DNA of 63,886 nucleotides, counting the filler, from an uncultured Myxococcia bacterium (GTDB lineage: Bacteria > CAZTWC01), in NCBI GenBank assembly GCA_964617105.1. It is 4 parts of 4 records of this genome, joined end to end, with 100 filler letters (N's around TTAATTAATTAA, not from the genome) between each part and the next. Parts side by side here need not be neighbours in the genome. Positions count along the whole stretch, not along the records: positions 1 to 18,448 come from CAZTWC010000047.1; 3 more parts are not named here. The stretch is one strand, 5' to 3'. Both the position numbers and the translations under genes were made by a program. Below, piece after piece: positions 1 to 9,014 of this stretch. Under the pieces are notes generated by a model. It saw only the letters and a list, made by a program, of their open reading frames with translations, was not told where the DNA came from and did not search any database. The stretch's first letter is position 1. Each line of letters begins with the position of its first letter.

Positions 1-7
1 CGTTTTG

Positions 8-1270
8 ATGAATCAAATAGATAAATGGGACTGGGAGACATCCCAAAAGGAACTAATTGATCTTAACCAGGTAAAAAGTGATTTTGTCAATACTTACGAA
101 CCTTTGGTTAGTGATGACGGAGAAAAAGTCGCTCTGCCGGTTCAGGGTGATGATGATCTATGGACCCTCAATGTAAATGGTGAGAACTGGCCTGAGAGTT
201 ACGATCTGCTCTGGTATCCCAAATTCGGACCTGACAACAGGCTGACTGCCATCGTACAGGTAGGAGGGCTTTGGACTGTGGCGGTTGACGGTGTGCCCTG
301 GGAAGAAAAAGCCCAGTACGTGTGGAATACCACCTTTAGTCCCGATGGCAGTATCATTGCCGTCCAGATTAAACGGGGTGAGGTATACTACAGCATGATG
401 GTAAACGGTAAGCCCTGGAAAAACGACTACTTCTCCTCTCGGGAACTCGCCCTGGACAATGGCGGTAGCCTGATTTCCACCGTTCAGGTGGAAAAACTAA
501 TGGAGGCTGACACCGAAGGCTTTATGAAAGGTACCTGGAGCCTGGCCTGCAATGATAAAGTGTGGGATGCCCGGTTTGTAAATGTTTACACACCAATTAT
601 AAGTGCTGATGGCAAACATTTGGCTGCCCAGGTGCGAACCGGAATCTGTGAATATACTATTGCCAAAGACGGTAAACCCTGGCCAAACTCTTTTGGCTGT
701 GTCTGGGAACCGGTGTTTGATCCTAAAAACTCGGTTACAGCGCCGGTCAAAGCGGATGGCGGCTGGGGTATGGCCAAAGATGGAACTATTCTCTGGCCAA
801 ACCGTTATGTCCAACTGTGGAATCCAGTGGTAAGCCCGGATGGGACCAGGCTGGCGGCTACTGCTTCGCCCAGTTTTGGCAAATGGACAATTGCTGTGGA
901 TGACAAAATCTGGCCGGTTCAATACAGTGATGCTGTCTTAGCACCGGTGTTCAGTGCCGACAGCCAAAAGGTGGCGGCCATTGTCAGAGATAATGGGCGC
1001 TGGAGTATTTCAGTGGATGGGACTACCTGGGCGGCAGACTACGATATGGTCTGGGATCCGGTCTTCAGCCCGGATGGAAGTCTGGTAGCGGCCAAAGTGG
1101 AGGAAGACGGAGCATATACTGTGGCAATAAATGGAAAGCCCTGGGATAAATCATTTCAATGGTTGTGGTCCCCTATATTCAGCCCCGATGGGACTAAATT
1201 GCTGATAAAAGCGGTTGAAGAGGGAAAATATATCCGCCAGGTGGTGGACGTTGAAAGTTTGAAAGGATAA
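8..1270 (+). CDS. tmcD: TmcD-like tryptophan-rich beta-propeller subunit of the Tmc electron-transfer complex
   Basis: About 420 aa with repeated W-x-P-x-F-S-P-D-G units and very high Trp content; directly upstream of TmcC/TmcB-like genes; ATG at 8 (in-frame TTG at 5). Confidence 0.8.
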   Translation: MNQIDKWDWETSQKELIDLNQVKSDFVNTYEPLVSDDGEKVALPVQGDDDLWTLNVNGENWPESYDLLWYPKFGPDNRLTAIVQVGGLWTVAVDGVPWEEKAQYVWNTTFSPDGSIIAVQIKRGEVYYSMMVNGKPWKNDYFSSRELALDNGGSLISTVQVEKLMEADTEGFMKGTWSLACNDKVWDARFVNVYTPIISADGKHLAAQVRTGICEYTIAKDGKPWPNSFGCVWEPVFDPKNSVTAPVKADGGWGMAKDGTILWPNRYVQLWNPVVSPDGTRLAATASPSFGKWTIAVDDKIWPVQYSDAVLAPVFSADSQKVAAIVRDNGRWSISVDGTTWAADYDMVWDPVFSPDGSLVAAKVEEDGAYTVAINGKPWDKSFQWLWSPIFSPDGTKLLIKAVEEGKYIRQVVDVESLKG

Positions 1271-1275
1271 TTGTC

Positions 1276-1923
1276 ATGTATGAATTTGTCACTGGCCCAT
1301 TTTTATGGATCTCCTTTCTTCTCTTTTTGGGCGGCAGTATCTATAAAATCGTTACCATGCTCAAGTTGGCTAAAAAAGAGAAGGTGATCTATCCATATAT
1401 GAATTTGAAGTTCAGTCTGCGCTCTTTGGCCCATTGGCTGGTTCCTTTTGGCAGTAGAAATATGCGGTTGAGACCTCTAACCACCGTGATCACCTTTTCC
1501 TTTCATATATGTTTGATTTTTCTGCCCCTGTTTTTGCTGGCCCACAATGTCTTTTGGGAAAAGGGGTGGGGCATCCATTGGTGGACCCTGCCGGAAACCT
1601 GGGCCGATGCCATGACTATTGTGGTATTAATAGGGTCACTTTTTTTCCTGATGCGGCGCCTAATCCTGCCGGAAGTCAAATATGTAACTACTACTGGTGA
1701 TTATAGCCTGTTAATCCTGATTATTCTCACTTTTCTCACCGGGTTTATCGCCCACCACCAGTATTTTTGGTACAATTTTATAGTCACAATCCACATCCTC
1801 TGCGGTGAACTTATGCTGATCTGCATCCCCTTCACCCGGCTTAGCCACATGCTCTACTTCTTTTTCACCAGAGCCTACATGGGATGTGAATTTGGAAATG
1901 TCAGACATGCGAGAGACTGGTAA
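1276..1923 (+). CDS. tmcC: TmcC-like membrane b-type cytochrome anchor (NarI/DsrM/HmcE superfamily)
   Basis: 215 aa, about 5 TM helices with His ligands (FSFH, LLAH, TIHI, LSHM); C-terminus RAYMGCEFGNVRHARDW resembles TmcC rather than HmcE. Confidence 0.75.
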   Translation: MYEFVTGPFLWISFLLFLGGSIYKIVTMLKLAKKEKVIYPYMNLKFSLRSLAHWLVPFGSRNMRLRPLTTVITFSFHICLIFLPLFLLAHNVFWEKGWGIHWWTLPETWADAMTIVVLIGSLFFLMRRLILPEVKYVTTTGDYSLLILIILTFLTGFIAHHQYFWYNFIVTIHILCGELMLICIPFTRLSHMLYFFFTRAYMGCEFGNVRHARDW

Positions 1924-1937
1924 ACGAGGGAAACACT

Positions 1938-3251
1938 ATGTCAATTATGGTATCCAGAGAAGAAGTTGCTGATCCTGGCCTGGATGAAGTTATCGAAAAA
2001 ATAACACCCCAGCAGATAGAAGAAACTGTCCAAAAAGTGCTGACTCAGGAGTGCTCGGCCAGGTTAAAAGTTTATATGGAAACCTGCGTGCACTGCGGTC
2101 TGTGCTCCAATGCCTGTCACTATTTTAATTCTCATGACCAAGATCCGGAATATTCTCCAGTGGCTAAAGTTAAAAACACCATGTGGGAGTTGGTCAAAAA
2201 AAAGGGGAAAGTGGACAAGGATTTTTTCAAAATGGCAGCCAGGATAGCCTTTACCGAGTGTAATGTCTGCCGGCGTTGCAGCATGTATTGCCCTTTTGGC
2301 ATCGATATGGCCTACATGATCCTCACGGTCAGGCGGATGTGCAACCTGCTGGGACTGGTGCCCCAATATCTCCAGGATACGGTGAACAGTCATGCCGCCA
2401 CCATGAACCAGATGTGGGTTGGTCAGGACGAGTGGGTGGATACTTTGCAGTGGCAGGAGGAAGAGGCTTGCTTCGAAGTGCCAAACAGCAGAATCCCCCT
2501 GGAAGTGGAAGGGGCTGATTTTATGTATTCGGTGATTGGCCCGGAGCCGAGAATTCTGGCTCAACTCTTGGCCAACATGGCCCAGATAGCCCAGATTGCC
2601 AAACTGAATTGGACCATGCCGGCCACTGACGGTTGGGACAACAGCAACATGCCTATGTACTCGGGTGATTTTGAAACCATGGGCAGAATAGAGCGTTTGC
2701 ACTGGGAAACCGCTATGCGTCTCAAGGTGAAAAAAGTGGTGATGGGAGAATGCGGGCACGCCTTTCGGGGCGCGGTTTACGATGGTCCTAAGTGGCTATC
2801 CTGGAAGCATACCCCTATCCCCATGGTGCATGCGGTAGAATTCTATTACGATCTTTTAAAGAGTGGAAAAATTAAAATAGCCAAAAAATTTGATCAGCCC
2901 ATAACAGTGCAAGATCCCTGTAACATTGTTCGAGGCCGGGGACTGCAAGAAAAACTACGCTATGTTATGAACACAATGTGCTCTGATTTCAGGGATGTAT
3001 ATCCAAAGTACGAACACAATTTCTGCTGCGCTGCCGGCGGCGGGGTTATTAACTGCGGTCCGCCCTGGAAAACCACCCGGACCAAAGGTAACCGGGTAAA
3101 GGCGGAACAGCTTAAATCAACTGGTGCTCATATTGTGGTCACACCATGTCACAACTGCCACAGCGGCATTGAAGACATTATCGGGTACCACAAACTGGGC
3201 ATGCATGTCCGGTTTATCAGTGAAATCCTGGTGGAAAAAATTCATGGATAG
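1938..3251 (+). CDS. tmcB: TmcB-like Fe-S protein (HdrD/DsrK/HmcF family, CCG domain)
   Basis: CVHCGLCSNAC and CNVCRRCSMYCP 4Fe-4S motifs; ECGH, QDPC, NFCCAAGGG and PCHNC CCG-type motifs. Confidence 0.8.
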   Translation: MSIMVSREEVADPGLDEVIEKITPQQIEETVQKVLTQECSARLKVYMETCVHCGLCSNACHYFNSHDQDPEYSPVAKVKNTMWELVKKKGKVDKDFFKMAARIAFTECNVCRRCSMYCPFGIDMAYMILTVRRMCNLLGLVPQYLQDTVNSHAATMNQMWVGQDEWVDTLQWQEEEACFEVPNSRIPLEVEGADFMYSVIGPEPRILAQLLANMAQIAQIAKLNWTMPATDGWDNSNMPMYSGDFETMGRIERLHWETAMRLKVKKVVMGECGHAFRGAVYDGPKWLSWKHTPIPMVHAVEFYYDLLKSGKIKIAKKFDQPITVQDPCNIVRGRGLQEKLRYVMNTMCSDFRDVYPKYEHNFCCAAGGGVINCGPPWKTTRTKGNRVKAEQLKSTGAHIVVTPCHNCHSGIEDIIGYHKLGMHVRFISEILVEKIHG

Positions 3252-4119
3252 AAGGCAGTTTTTAAAACTGGGGATGACAGCAGGCGGACTAACCATGGTT
3301 GGCGGTGCGCCGGCAATTGTCAATGCCTCAGGCCAGGTAGAGTTTCTGAGCGTGTTGGTGGATACCACCCGCTGCATCGGTTGCCGCCAATGCGAGTTAG
3401 CCTGCGCCCAGGCTAACGGATTGCCCATTCCCAATATCAACGACAAATCGGTTTTCAATAGTGTCCGCACCACCTCCACTATATCATTGACAGTGGTAAA
3501 TCGGTTTGAAACCCAAAAAGGGACAATCAATGTCAAACGGCAATGTATGCACTGTAATCAGCCCGGATGTGTTTCTGCCTGTCTGGTCGCCGCTATGAAG
3601 AAAAGAAAACAGGGGCCGGTTACCTGGGATACCAACTGCATCGGCTGTCGGTACTGCATGATTTCCTGCCCCTTTGATGTCCCCAAGTTTGAATATGAAA
3701 AAGCGGCGCCCAAATTGAAAAAATGCAACTTCTGCTTTAGCCGTTTAAAAAAAGGGCAACTCCCTGCCTGTGTGCAAGCGTGTCCGGCAGAGGCCTTGTT
3801 GTTTGGCACCCGTAAAAAAATGCTCTCCATGGCAAAAAGTCAAATTGGCAAATATCCGGGACAGTATCATCACCACGTATATGGCGAAAGAGAAGCGGGT
3901 GGCACCTCATGGTTATATATGTCCAGTGTGCCTTTTGATCAAATAGGTTTTAAAACCACTCTCAGTACCACCCCCTATCCAGAATTTACCAAAGGATTTC
4001 TGTATCTGGTTCCAGTGGTTTTCGTGCTATGGCCCTCATTGTTATTGGGGATAAACCGGTTGACGGAACGGACAGAAAAAATAGAGAGCAGTGGGGATCA
4101 AAAAGAGAACACGAAATAA
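3244..4119 (+). CDS. hmcB: HmcB/HybA-like Tat-exported 4Fe-4S dicluster protein with C-terminal TM anchor
   Basis: ATG at 3244 gives Tat signal MDRRQFLK; CIGCRQC, CMHC..C..C, CIGCRYC..C, KCNFC..CVQACP; HVYGEREAGGTSWLY motif; overlaps the tmcB stop by 8 nt. Confidence 0.8.
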   Translation: MDRRQFLKLGMTAGGLTMVGGAPAIVNASGQVEFLSVLVDTTRCIGCRQCELACAQANGLPIPNINDKSVFNSVRTTSTISLTVVNRFETQKGTINVKRQCMHCNQPGCVSACLVAAMKKRKQGPVTWDTNCIGCRYCMISCPFDVPKFEYEKAAPKLKKCNFCFSRLKKGQLPACVQACPAEALLFGTRKKMLSMAKSQIGKYPGQYHHHVYGEREAGGTSWLYMSSVPFDQIGFKTTLSTTPYPEFTKGFLYLVPVVFVLWPSLLLGINRLTERTEKIESSGDQKENTK

Positions 4120-4215
4120 AGGAACTTATTAAAAATCCGTTAACAACTTAAGCCTTAATAAGGCCATCTTGATATTGAGGTTAAAACAGCAGGTGTTCAA
4201 AGCGAGGGAAATAAA

Positions 4216-5463
4216 ATGACCGATAACCAGGCCGTACAGGAATCTGTTACCAATGATACCAACAAGGTGATAAAAGATCTCCTGACTTTTTTAAAAAAAG
4301 AGATAAAACCAAAAGGTAAACTGATAACTCCTTTTAATGTTATCACTGCACCCATAATCCTTTTAGGTCTTGTGCTAATCGTTTACCGGTTCGCCACTGG
4401 ACTAGGAACAACCACCAACCTTTCACAGGAATTTCCCTGGGGAATTTGGATCGGTTTCGATGTTATGACTGGCGTTGCCTTTGCTGGTGGTGCCTACTCC
4501 CTGACTTTTGCAGTATATATTCTCAAAGCCAAAAAGTACCATCCAATCATCCGGGCTACGGTGCTAAATGGTTTTCTAGCCTATTTGTTTTACGCTGGTG
4601 CTCTGCTGCTGGACCTGGGTCGTCCCTGGAATGCCTTGAACGTAATGATTGGCAATGATTGGGGAACCAGTTCTGTACTCTTTCTTGTGGCCTGGCATTT
4701 TATGATTTACATGATAGCAGAACTAATAGAATTTTCTCCGGCAGTTGCTGAATGGCTGGGATATAAAAGGCTGCGTAAATTTCTGGCGTCCCTTACCCTG
4801 GGGGCGGTTATTTTTGGGATAACCCTCTCAACTCTGCACCAGTCCGGCATCGGCGCTCTTTTCCTTATGGCCAGAGATAAAATTCACCCCTTATGGTATA
4901 GCGAATTTATACCGATCCTATTTTTTGTATCCAGTATTTTTGCCGGGCTTTCCATTGTTATTATTGAAGGTAGCATCAGTAACAAGGTTTTTCAGACCAG
5001 GATATCTGAAGAACACCATAAATCATACAATGATATTGTTCTCGGATTAGCCAAAGGCGCTGCCATGGCTATGTTTGCCTATCTGTTTCTAAAGTGCCTG
5101 GTCTTTATTCATGGAAAACACTGGGTACACATTAATTCTTCCATGGGATACTGGTTTCTCCTGGAAGTGATCGGTTTTGTCCTCATACCTATGTTTATGT
5201 TTATAGAAGGGGCAAAACACAAACGTATTAATATGGTACGGACAGCGGCAGTTCTTGCAGCGCTGGGGATTTTACTCAACCGGCTTAACCTGTCCATCAT
5301 TGTTTTCAAATGGAATGCCCCTAATCACTATGTTCCCCACTGGATCGAAATCATGATTACTCTGGCCATTGTGTTTATTGAAATTTGGGCTTTTCGGTGG
5401 GTAGTAAACCGGATGCCAGTTCTGAGCGATCCGCCGGAATGGGCAAAAGAAAAAGGGCATTAA
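4216..5463 (+). CDS. hmcC: HmcC/HybB-like NrfD/PsrC-family polytopic membrane subunit
   Basis: TNLSQEFPWGIWIGFDV, LLDLGRPW, TLSTLHQSGIG and HPLWYS motifs; about 10 TM segments. Confidence 0.85.
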   Translation: MTDNQAVQESVTNDTNKVIKDLLTFLKKEIKPKGKLITPFNVITAPIILLGLVLIVYRFATGLGTTTNLSQEFPWGIWIGFDVMTGVAFAGGAYSLTFAVYILKAKKYHPIIRATVLNGFLAYLFYAGALLLDLGRPWNALNVMIGNDWGTSSVLFLVAWHFMIYMIAELIEFSPAVAEWLGYKRLRKFLASLTLGAVIFGITLSTLHQSGIGALFLMARDKIHPLWYSEFIPILFFVSSIFAGLSIVIIEGSISNKVFQTRISEEHHKSYNDIVLGLAKGAAMAMFAYLFLKCLVFIHGKHWVHINSSMGYWFLLEVIGFVLIPMFMFIEGAKHKRINMVRTAAVLAALGILLNRLNLSIIVFKWNAPNHYVPHWIEIMITLAIVFIEIWAFRWVVNRMPVLSDPPEWAKEKGH

Positions 5464-5478
5464 AAAAAGGAGCGTTAA

Positions 5479-5601
5479 ATGGAAGGTTTTATTTTTTACG
5501 ACCTGTTTGCAACCAAAGGTCTGGAATATTTGTTAGTCATTCTTTTCCTGTTTATCATGGTCGGATTTTGGCAATATCTGGTAGGTAAACCAAAAGTTTG
5601 A
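5479..5601 (+). CDS. Small single-TM HmcD-like protein (40 aa, below the ORF-track cutoff)
   Basis: AGGAG RBS then MEGFIFYDLFATKGLEYLLVILFLFIMVGFWQYLVGKPKV; lies after hmcC as HmcD does. Confidence 0.7.
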   Translation: MEGFIFYDLFATKGLEYLLVILFLFIMVGFWQYLVGKPKV

Positions 5602-5654
5602 GTATCTAAAACATCGGTAATTGGCTAATTGACATAGATCAAGAAAGTTGAGTT

Positions 5655-7241
5655 ATGAGAATACAAATCACATACCATCACTGGTTAATAAAAGTAAGCC
5701 TGGCGGGAATATTTTGGTCTTATCTATTCTTTTTGGCTGCCTGCTCTCCTGAGCAGGAAAAATCGCCTGTCCCCCGGGCCGATGCTATCAATCTTGATGA
5801 CTTCATTTCCACTAAACCACTTGAAAGACCCGGAGTTGTCTTCAAGCATACTTTTCATACCAAAGCGCTGAATACCCAGAATCAGGACTGCACCACCTGC
5901 CACCTGACCGGGGAGAAGCAGTTGATGAACCCCAGGTTTTACAGCCTGAATGAGGACAGCAAAAAGCAGACCCTGATGACCCTTTATCATGACAAATGTA
6001 TAGGCTGTCACGAAAAAAGCGAAGATATGGGGCTGAAACAGGGGCCGCTAACCTGTGGCCAATGTCATGCCAATAAACCCTCGGCTGCTCCGGCGCAACG
6101 CCCATTTGGCATGGATGCATCACTGCACTATCGGCATGTCCAGATCACTAAAGAGAGTTGCCAGGATTGCCACCATGAGTACAATCAAACTACTAAAAAA
6201 TTGGAATACCACAAGGGCAAAGAGCGTTCCTGCCGCGATTGCCACCGCCAAAAGGCGGAAGAAAACCGCAGTTCCATGCGGATGGCTTCTCACCGGGCCT
6301 GCATAGGCTGCCATAAAAACCGGAACTATCAAAACAGCCAGGGCGACAAGGTTACCGGCCCCATCCTCTGCCAGGGTTGCCACCAGGCAGATAAACAGGC
6401 TGCTATCAAAAAAGTAAGCAACATCCCCAGGCTAAAGGTTTCCCAGCCCGATTTCGCCCTGGTAAAAGCCCAGAATTTAGAAAAATCTAAAATGACCACC
6501 GTTCCCTTTAACCATAAAGCTCATGAAAACTATGTAGGGAGTTGCCGCCAGTGCCATCACCAGAGCCAGCAATCCTGCAGCAAATGTCACACTCTTGAGG
6601 GCGGTGACAAAAGTGGGGGTATAAATCTGGAACAAGCCATGCATCTCAAGCAGTCAGGGCACAGTTGTATCGGCTGCCATGAAAAAAAGCAGGCTGATGC
6701 AAAATGCGCTGGTTGCCATAGAATAATGAACCAGCCGGAGAAAAAACTTACCTCCCAATTAAATTGCCAAACCTGCCACCGGGGTCCGCAGCCAAAGGCT
6801 GGGGAGATAAAAACTCTGGGTAGTGCCTTGACAGAACAGACTAGGCAACTATTACCGCCTGTACAGGCGCAAAAACTCACTTTTTCCCAAAAACAGATAC
6901 CAGAGACCGTAACTATTAAAACTCTGACCAACAAATACCAACCCGTTACCTATCCTCACCAGAAAATATTGACCATCTTGAGTGATTATAGTAAGGCCAG
7001 CAAACTAGCCTCTGCTTTTCACGGTAAAGAAGATGTTCTCTGCCAGGGTTGCCACCATAACAGCCCGGTTGGGACTCAGCCTCCTTTGTGCGGTAGTTGC
7101 CATAAAAGTGAGCGCCCGGCAGGAGAAGATACCTACATGCCGAAATTACAAGGTGCCTACCACCTCCAGTGCATAGGTTGCCATCAAAAGATGAAAACCG
7201 GTCCGCAGGACTGTGAAAGTTGCCACCCAAAAAAACCATGA
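5655..7241 (+). CDS. hmcA: 16-haem high-molecular-mass cytochrome c (HmcA, class III)
   Basis: 16 CxxCH motifs counted by hand; cytochrome c3-type F-x-H-x-x-H motifs; N-terminal signal with LAAC lipobox. Confidence 0.9.
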   Translation: MRIQITYHHWLIKVSLAGIFWSYLFFLAACSPEQEKSPVPRADAINLDDFISTKPLERPGVVFKHTFHTKALNTQNQDCTTCHLTGEKQLMNPRFYSLNEDSKKQTLMTLYHDKCIGCHEKSEDMGLKQGPLTCGQCHANKPSAAPAQRPFGMDASLHYRHVQITKESCQDCHHEYNQTTKKLEYHKGKERSCRDCHRQKAEENRSSMRMASHRACIGCHKNRNYQNSQGDKVTGPILCQGCHQADKQAAIKKVSNIPRLKVSQPDFALVKAQNLEKSKMTTVPFNHKAHENYVGSCRQCHHQSQQSCSKCHTLEGGDKSGGINLEQAMHLKQSGHSCIGCHEKKQADAKCAGCHRIMNQPEKKLTSQLNCQTCHRGPQPKAGEIKTLGSALTEQTRQLLPPVQAQKLTFSQKQIPETVTIKTLTNKYQPVTYPHQKILTILSDYSKASKLASAFHGKEDVLCQGCHHNSPVGTQPPLCGSCHKSERPAGEDTYMPKLQGAYHLQCIGCHQKMKTGPQDCESCHPKKP

Positions 7242-7630
7242 GTACAAAAACCATATTAATTATTGATGATGAACCGGATATTATCACCTACCTTTCTACC
7301 TTGCTTACCAATCAAGGTTACCAGGTAATTACTGCAAACAACGCCTTTGACGGTATTGATCTGGCTATAAATAATCTTCCCGATCTGATTTGCCTGGATA
7401 TTATAATGCCCAAAAAATCTGGGATAACCCTTTACAAAGATCTAAAAACAGATAACAATTTGAGAAAAAAACCTACAATTATTATCAGTGCAGTAGAATC
7501 GCCGGCAAGTTTCAAAGGGGATAAATTTAAACAACTAGTACAAGACACCTCTATCCCGGAACCCAATGCCTTTTTTGAAAAACCCATTGCTATTGACAAA
7601 TTTTTACAGGTGATCAAAGGTCTGCTGTAA
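7238..7630 (+). CDS. Single-domain response regulator
   Basis: ILIIDDE, CLDIIMP (phospho-Asp) and FEKP motifs; ATGA overlap with the hmcA stop. Confidence 0.9.
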   Translation: MSTKTILIIDDEPDIITYLSTLLTNQGYQVITANNAFDGIDLAINNLPDLICLDIIMPKKSGITLYKDLKTDNNLRKKPTIIISAVESPASFKGDKFKQLVQDTSIPEPNAFFEKPIAIDKFLQVIKGLL

Positions 7631-7651
7631 AATGGTGACATTGGTAAGAAA

Positions 7652-8231
7652 ATGACTGAGAATATCCTCAAATCCTGGAGCCACAAAAAACTTTTTGACC
7701 AGGTGCCTCTCAGCATTGCGGTAATTGACCGAGACTACAACATTCTGGAAGTCAACCAGGAATTCAAAAAAAAATTTAGCAAACTGGCCAACAAAAAATG
7801 CTTTCAACTCTATAAAAATCGGCAGGATAAATGCCCCAACTGCCTGGCTGACCAAACCTTTGCTGACGGGAAAACCAGAATATCAGAGGAGCAGGGTTTT
7901 AATAAAAAAGGGGAGCCCATTTACTATATTGCCCAATATGCCCCATTAATGAATTCCAGCGGTGAAGTGCAATATATTATCGAGATGTTAACCGATGTCT
8001 CGGAAGTGGTGTCGCTGAAAAGGCAACTTAAAGAGGAGGAAGAGGCCAGGATTAGGCCTTTTAGTTACCCGCAAAATTGCCACCCAGCACGGCGGCCAGG
8101 TCACTTTTGAATCGGAAAAAGGGGCGGGAACATCATTTAAACTGGAGTTGCCGCGACAACATTTACAACGGTTGGTCATAAGTCGCAGAGATGGTGACAA
8201 AAAGGAGAAGTTGTTCATTACTCAGAGTTAA
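7652..8231 (+). pseudogene. PAS sensor histidine kinase with a large internal deletion
   Basis: 7652-~8045 encodes a PAS domain (KKCF..KCPNC); a different frame at 8049-8231 reads GLGLLVTRKIATQHGGQVTFESEKGAGTSFKLELP, the G2-box end of HATPase_c; H, N and G1 boxes are absent. Confidence 0.8.
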
Positions 8232-8282
8232 CCAATATGTGCGCTTTTGGACTCTACACAGAATAAATAGGAGAGACAGATT

Positions 8283-8801
8283 ATGGCAAAAGAAATAAAA
8301 GTGCTGATTGTGGAGGACGAACCGGATGTGCGCCTATATTTACAGACAATTTTGGAAAATGTCGGTTTTTCAGTGCAGACAGCCACAAATGGTAAACAGG
8401 CGTTGGACCGCCTGACCGAATGCAAGCCCGATATAATTTCCCTGGACCTGGTGATGCCCAAAATGTCGGGAATTAAATTTTTCAACTATATCCAAAAAAA
8501 CAAGGACCGGAAAGATATTCCGGTAGTAGTGGTAACAGCTCATGCCCATGACGAAATGGGAGAAAAAGATTTGGAGCAGATAAAGAGTTATCATAAAAAA
8601 TTGGGCAATACCCTTTTTGTAATTGAAAAACCGGTAAAACCAGATGTTTACCTCAATACCCTGGGCAAGGCTCTTGGCCTTAAAGATGATGAATTAGTCA
8701 AAAAAGGAGAGGCAGAAGCCCTGCGGATAGAGTTGGCCGAAAAGATCAAAACCACTGACAAGGCTAAACTGAAAGCACTATTGAAAGTATTGGAGGCCTG
8801 A
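8283..8801 (+). CDS. Response regulator receiver protein with short C-terminal helical extension
   Basis: VLIVEDE, SLDLVMPKMSG, VVVTAH and IEKP motifs; GGAG RBS. Confidence 0.9.
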   Translation: MAKEIKVLIVEDEPDVRLYLQTILENVGFSVQTATNGKQALDRLTECKPDIISLDLVMPKMSGIKFFNYIQKNKDRKDIPVVVVTAHAHDEMGEKDLEQIKSYHKKLGNTLFVIEKPVKPDVYLNTLGKALGLKDDELVKKGEAEALRIELAEKIKTTDKAKLKALLKVLEA

Positions 8802-9014
8802 CCTCCCCAATTCCGGTAAAATTATGGCCGGCATTTGCTCTGGCTTCTCCGGAGTTATTTCTAAATGAATCATCAGGAATAGTCAGCCCCTGCCACTGGA
8901 CAATTACATTCTGATTATGCAAATCCAATATTCAACTTGAAATTTACATGCCAATAATGTAATATGGCAACTAAGGATAAGTGGCCAGTTAAATCCTCCA
9001 AGGGGGAATACATT

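Noticed and set aside
8860-8910. CAGCCCCTGCCACTG resembling a cobalamin riboswitch core
   Set aside because: The other conserved elements (AGGGAA, GGTG..TCC, GGGAAG, AGACC) are not present in order, and the downstream gene is not B12-related.
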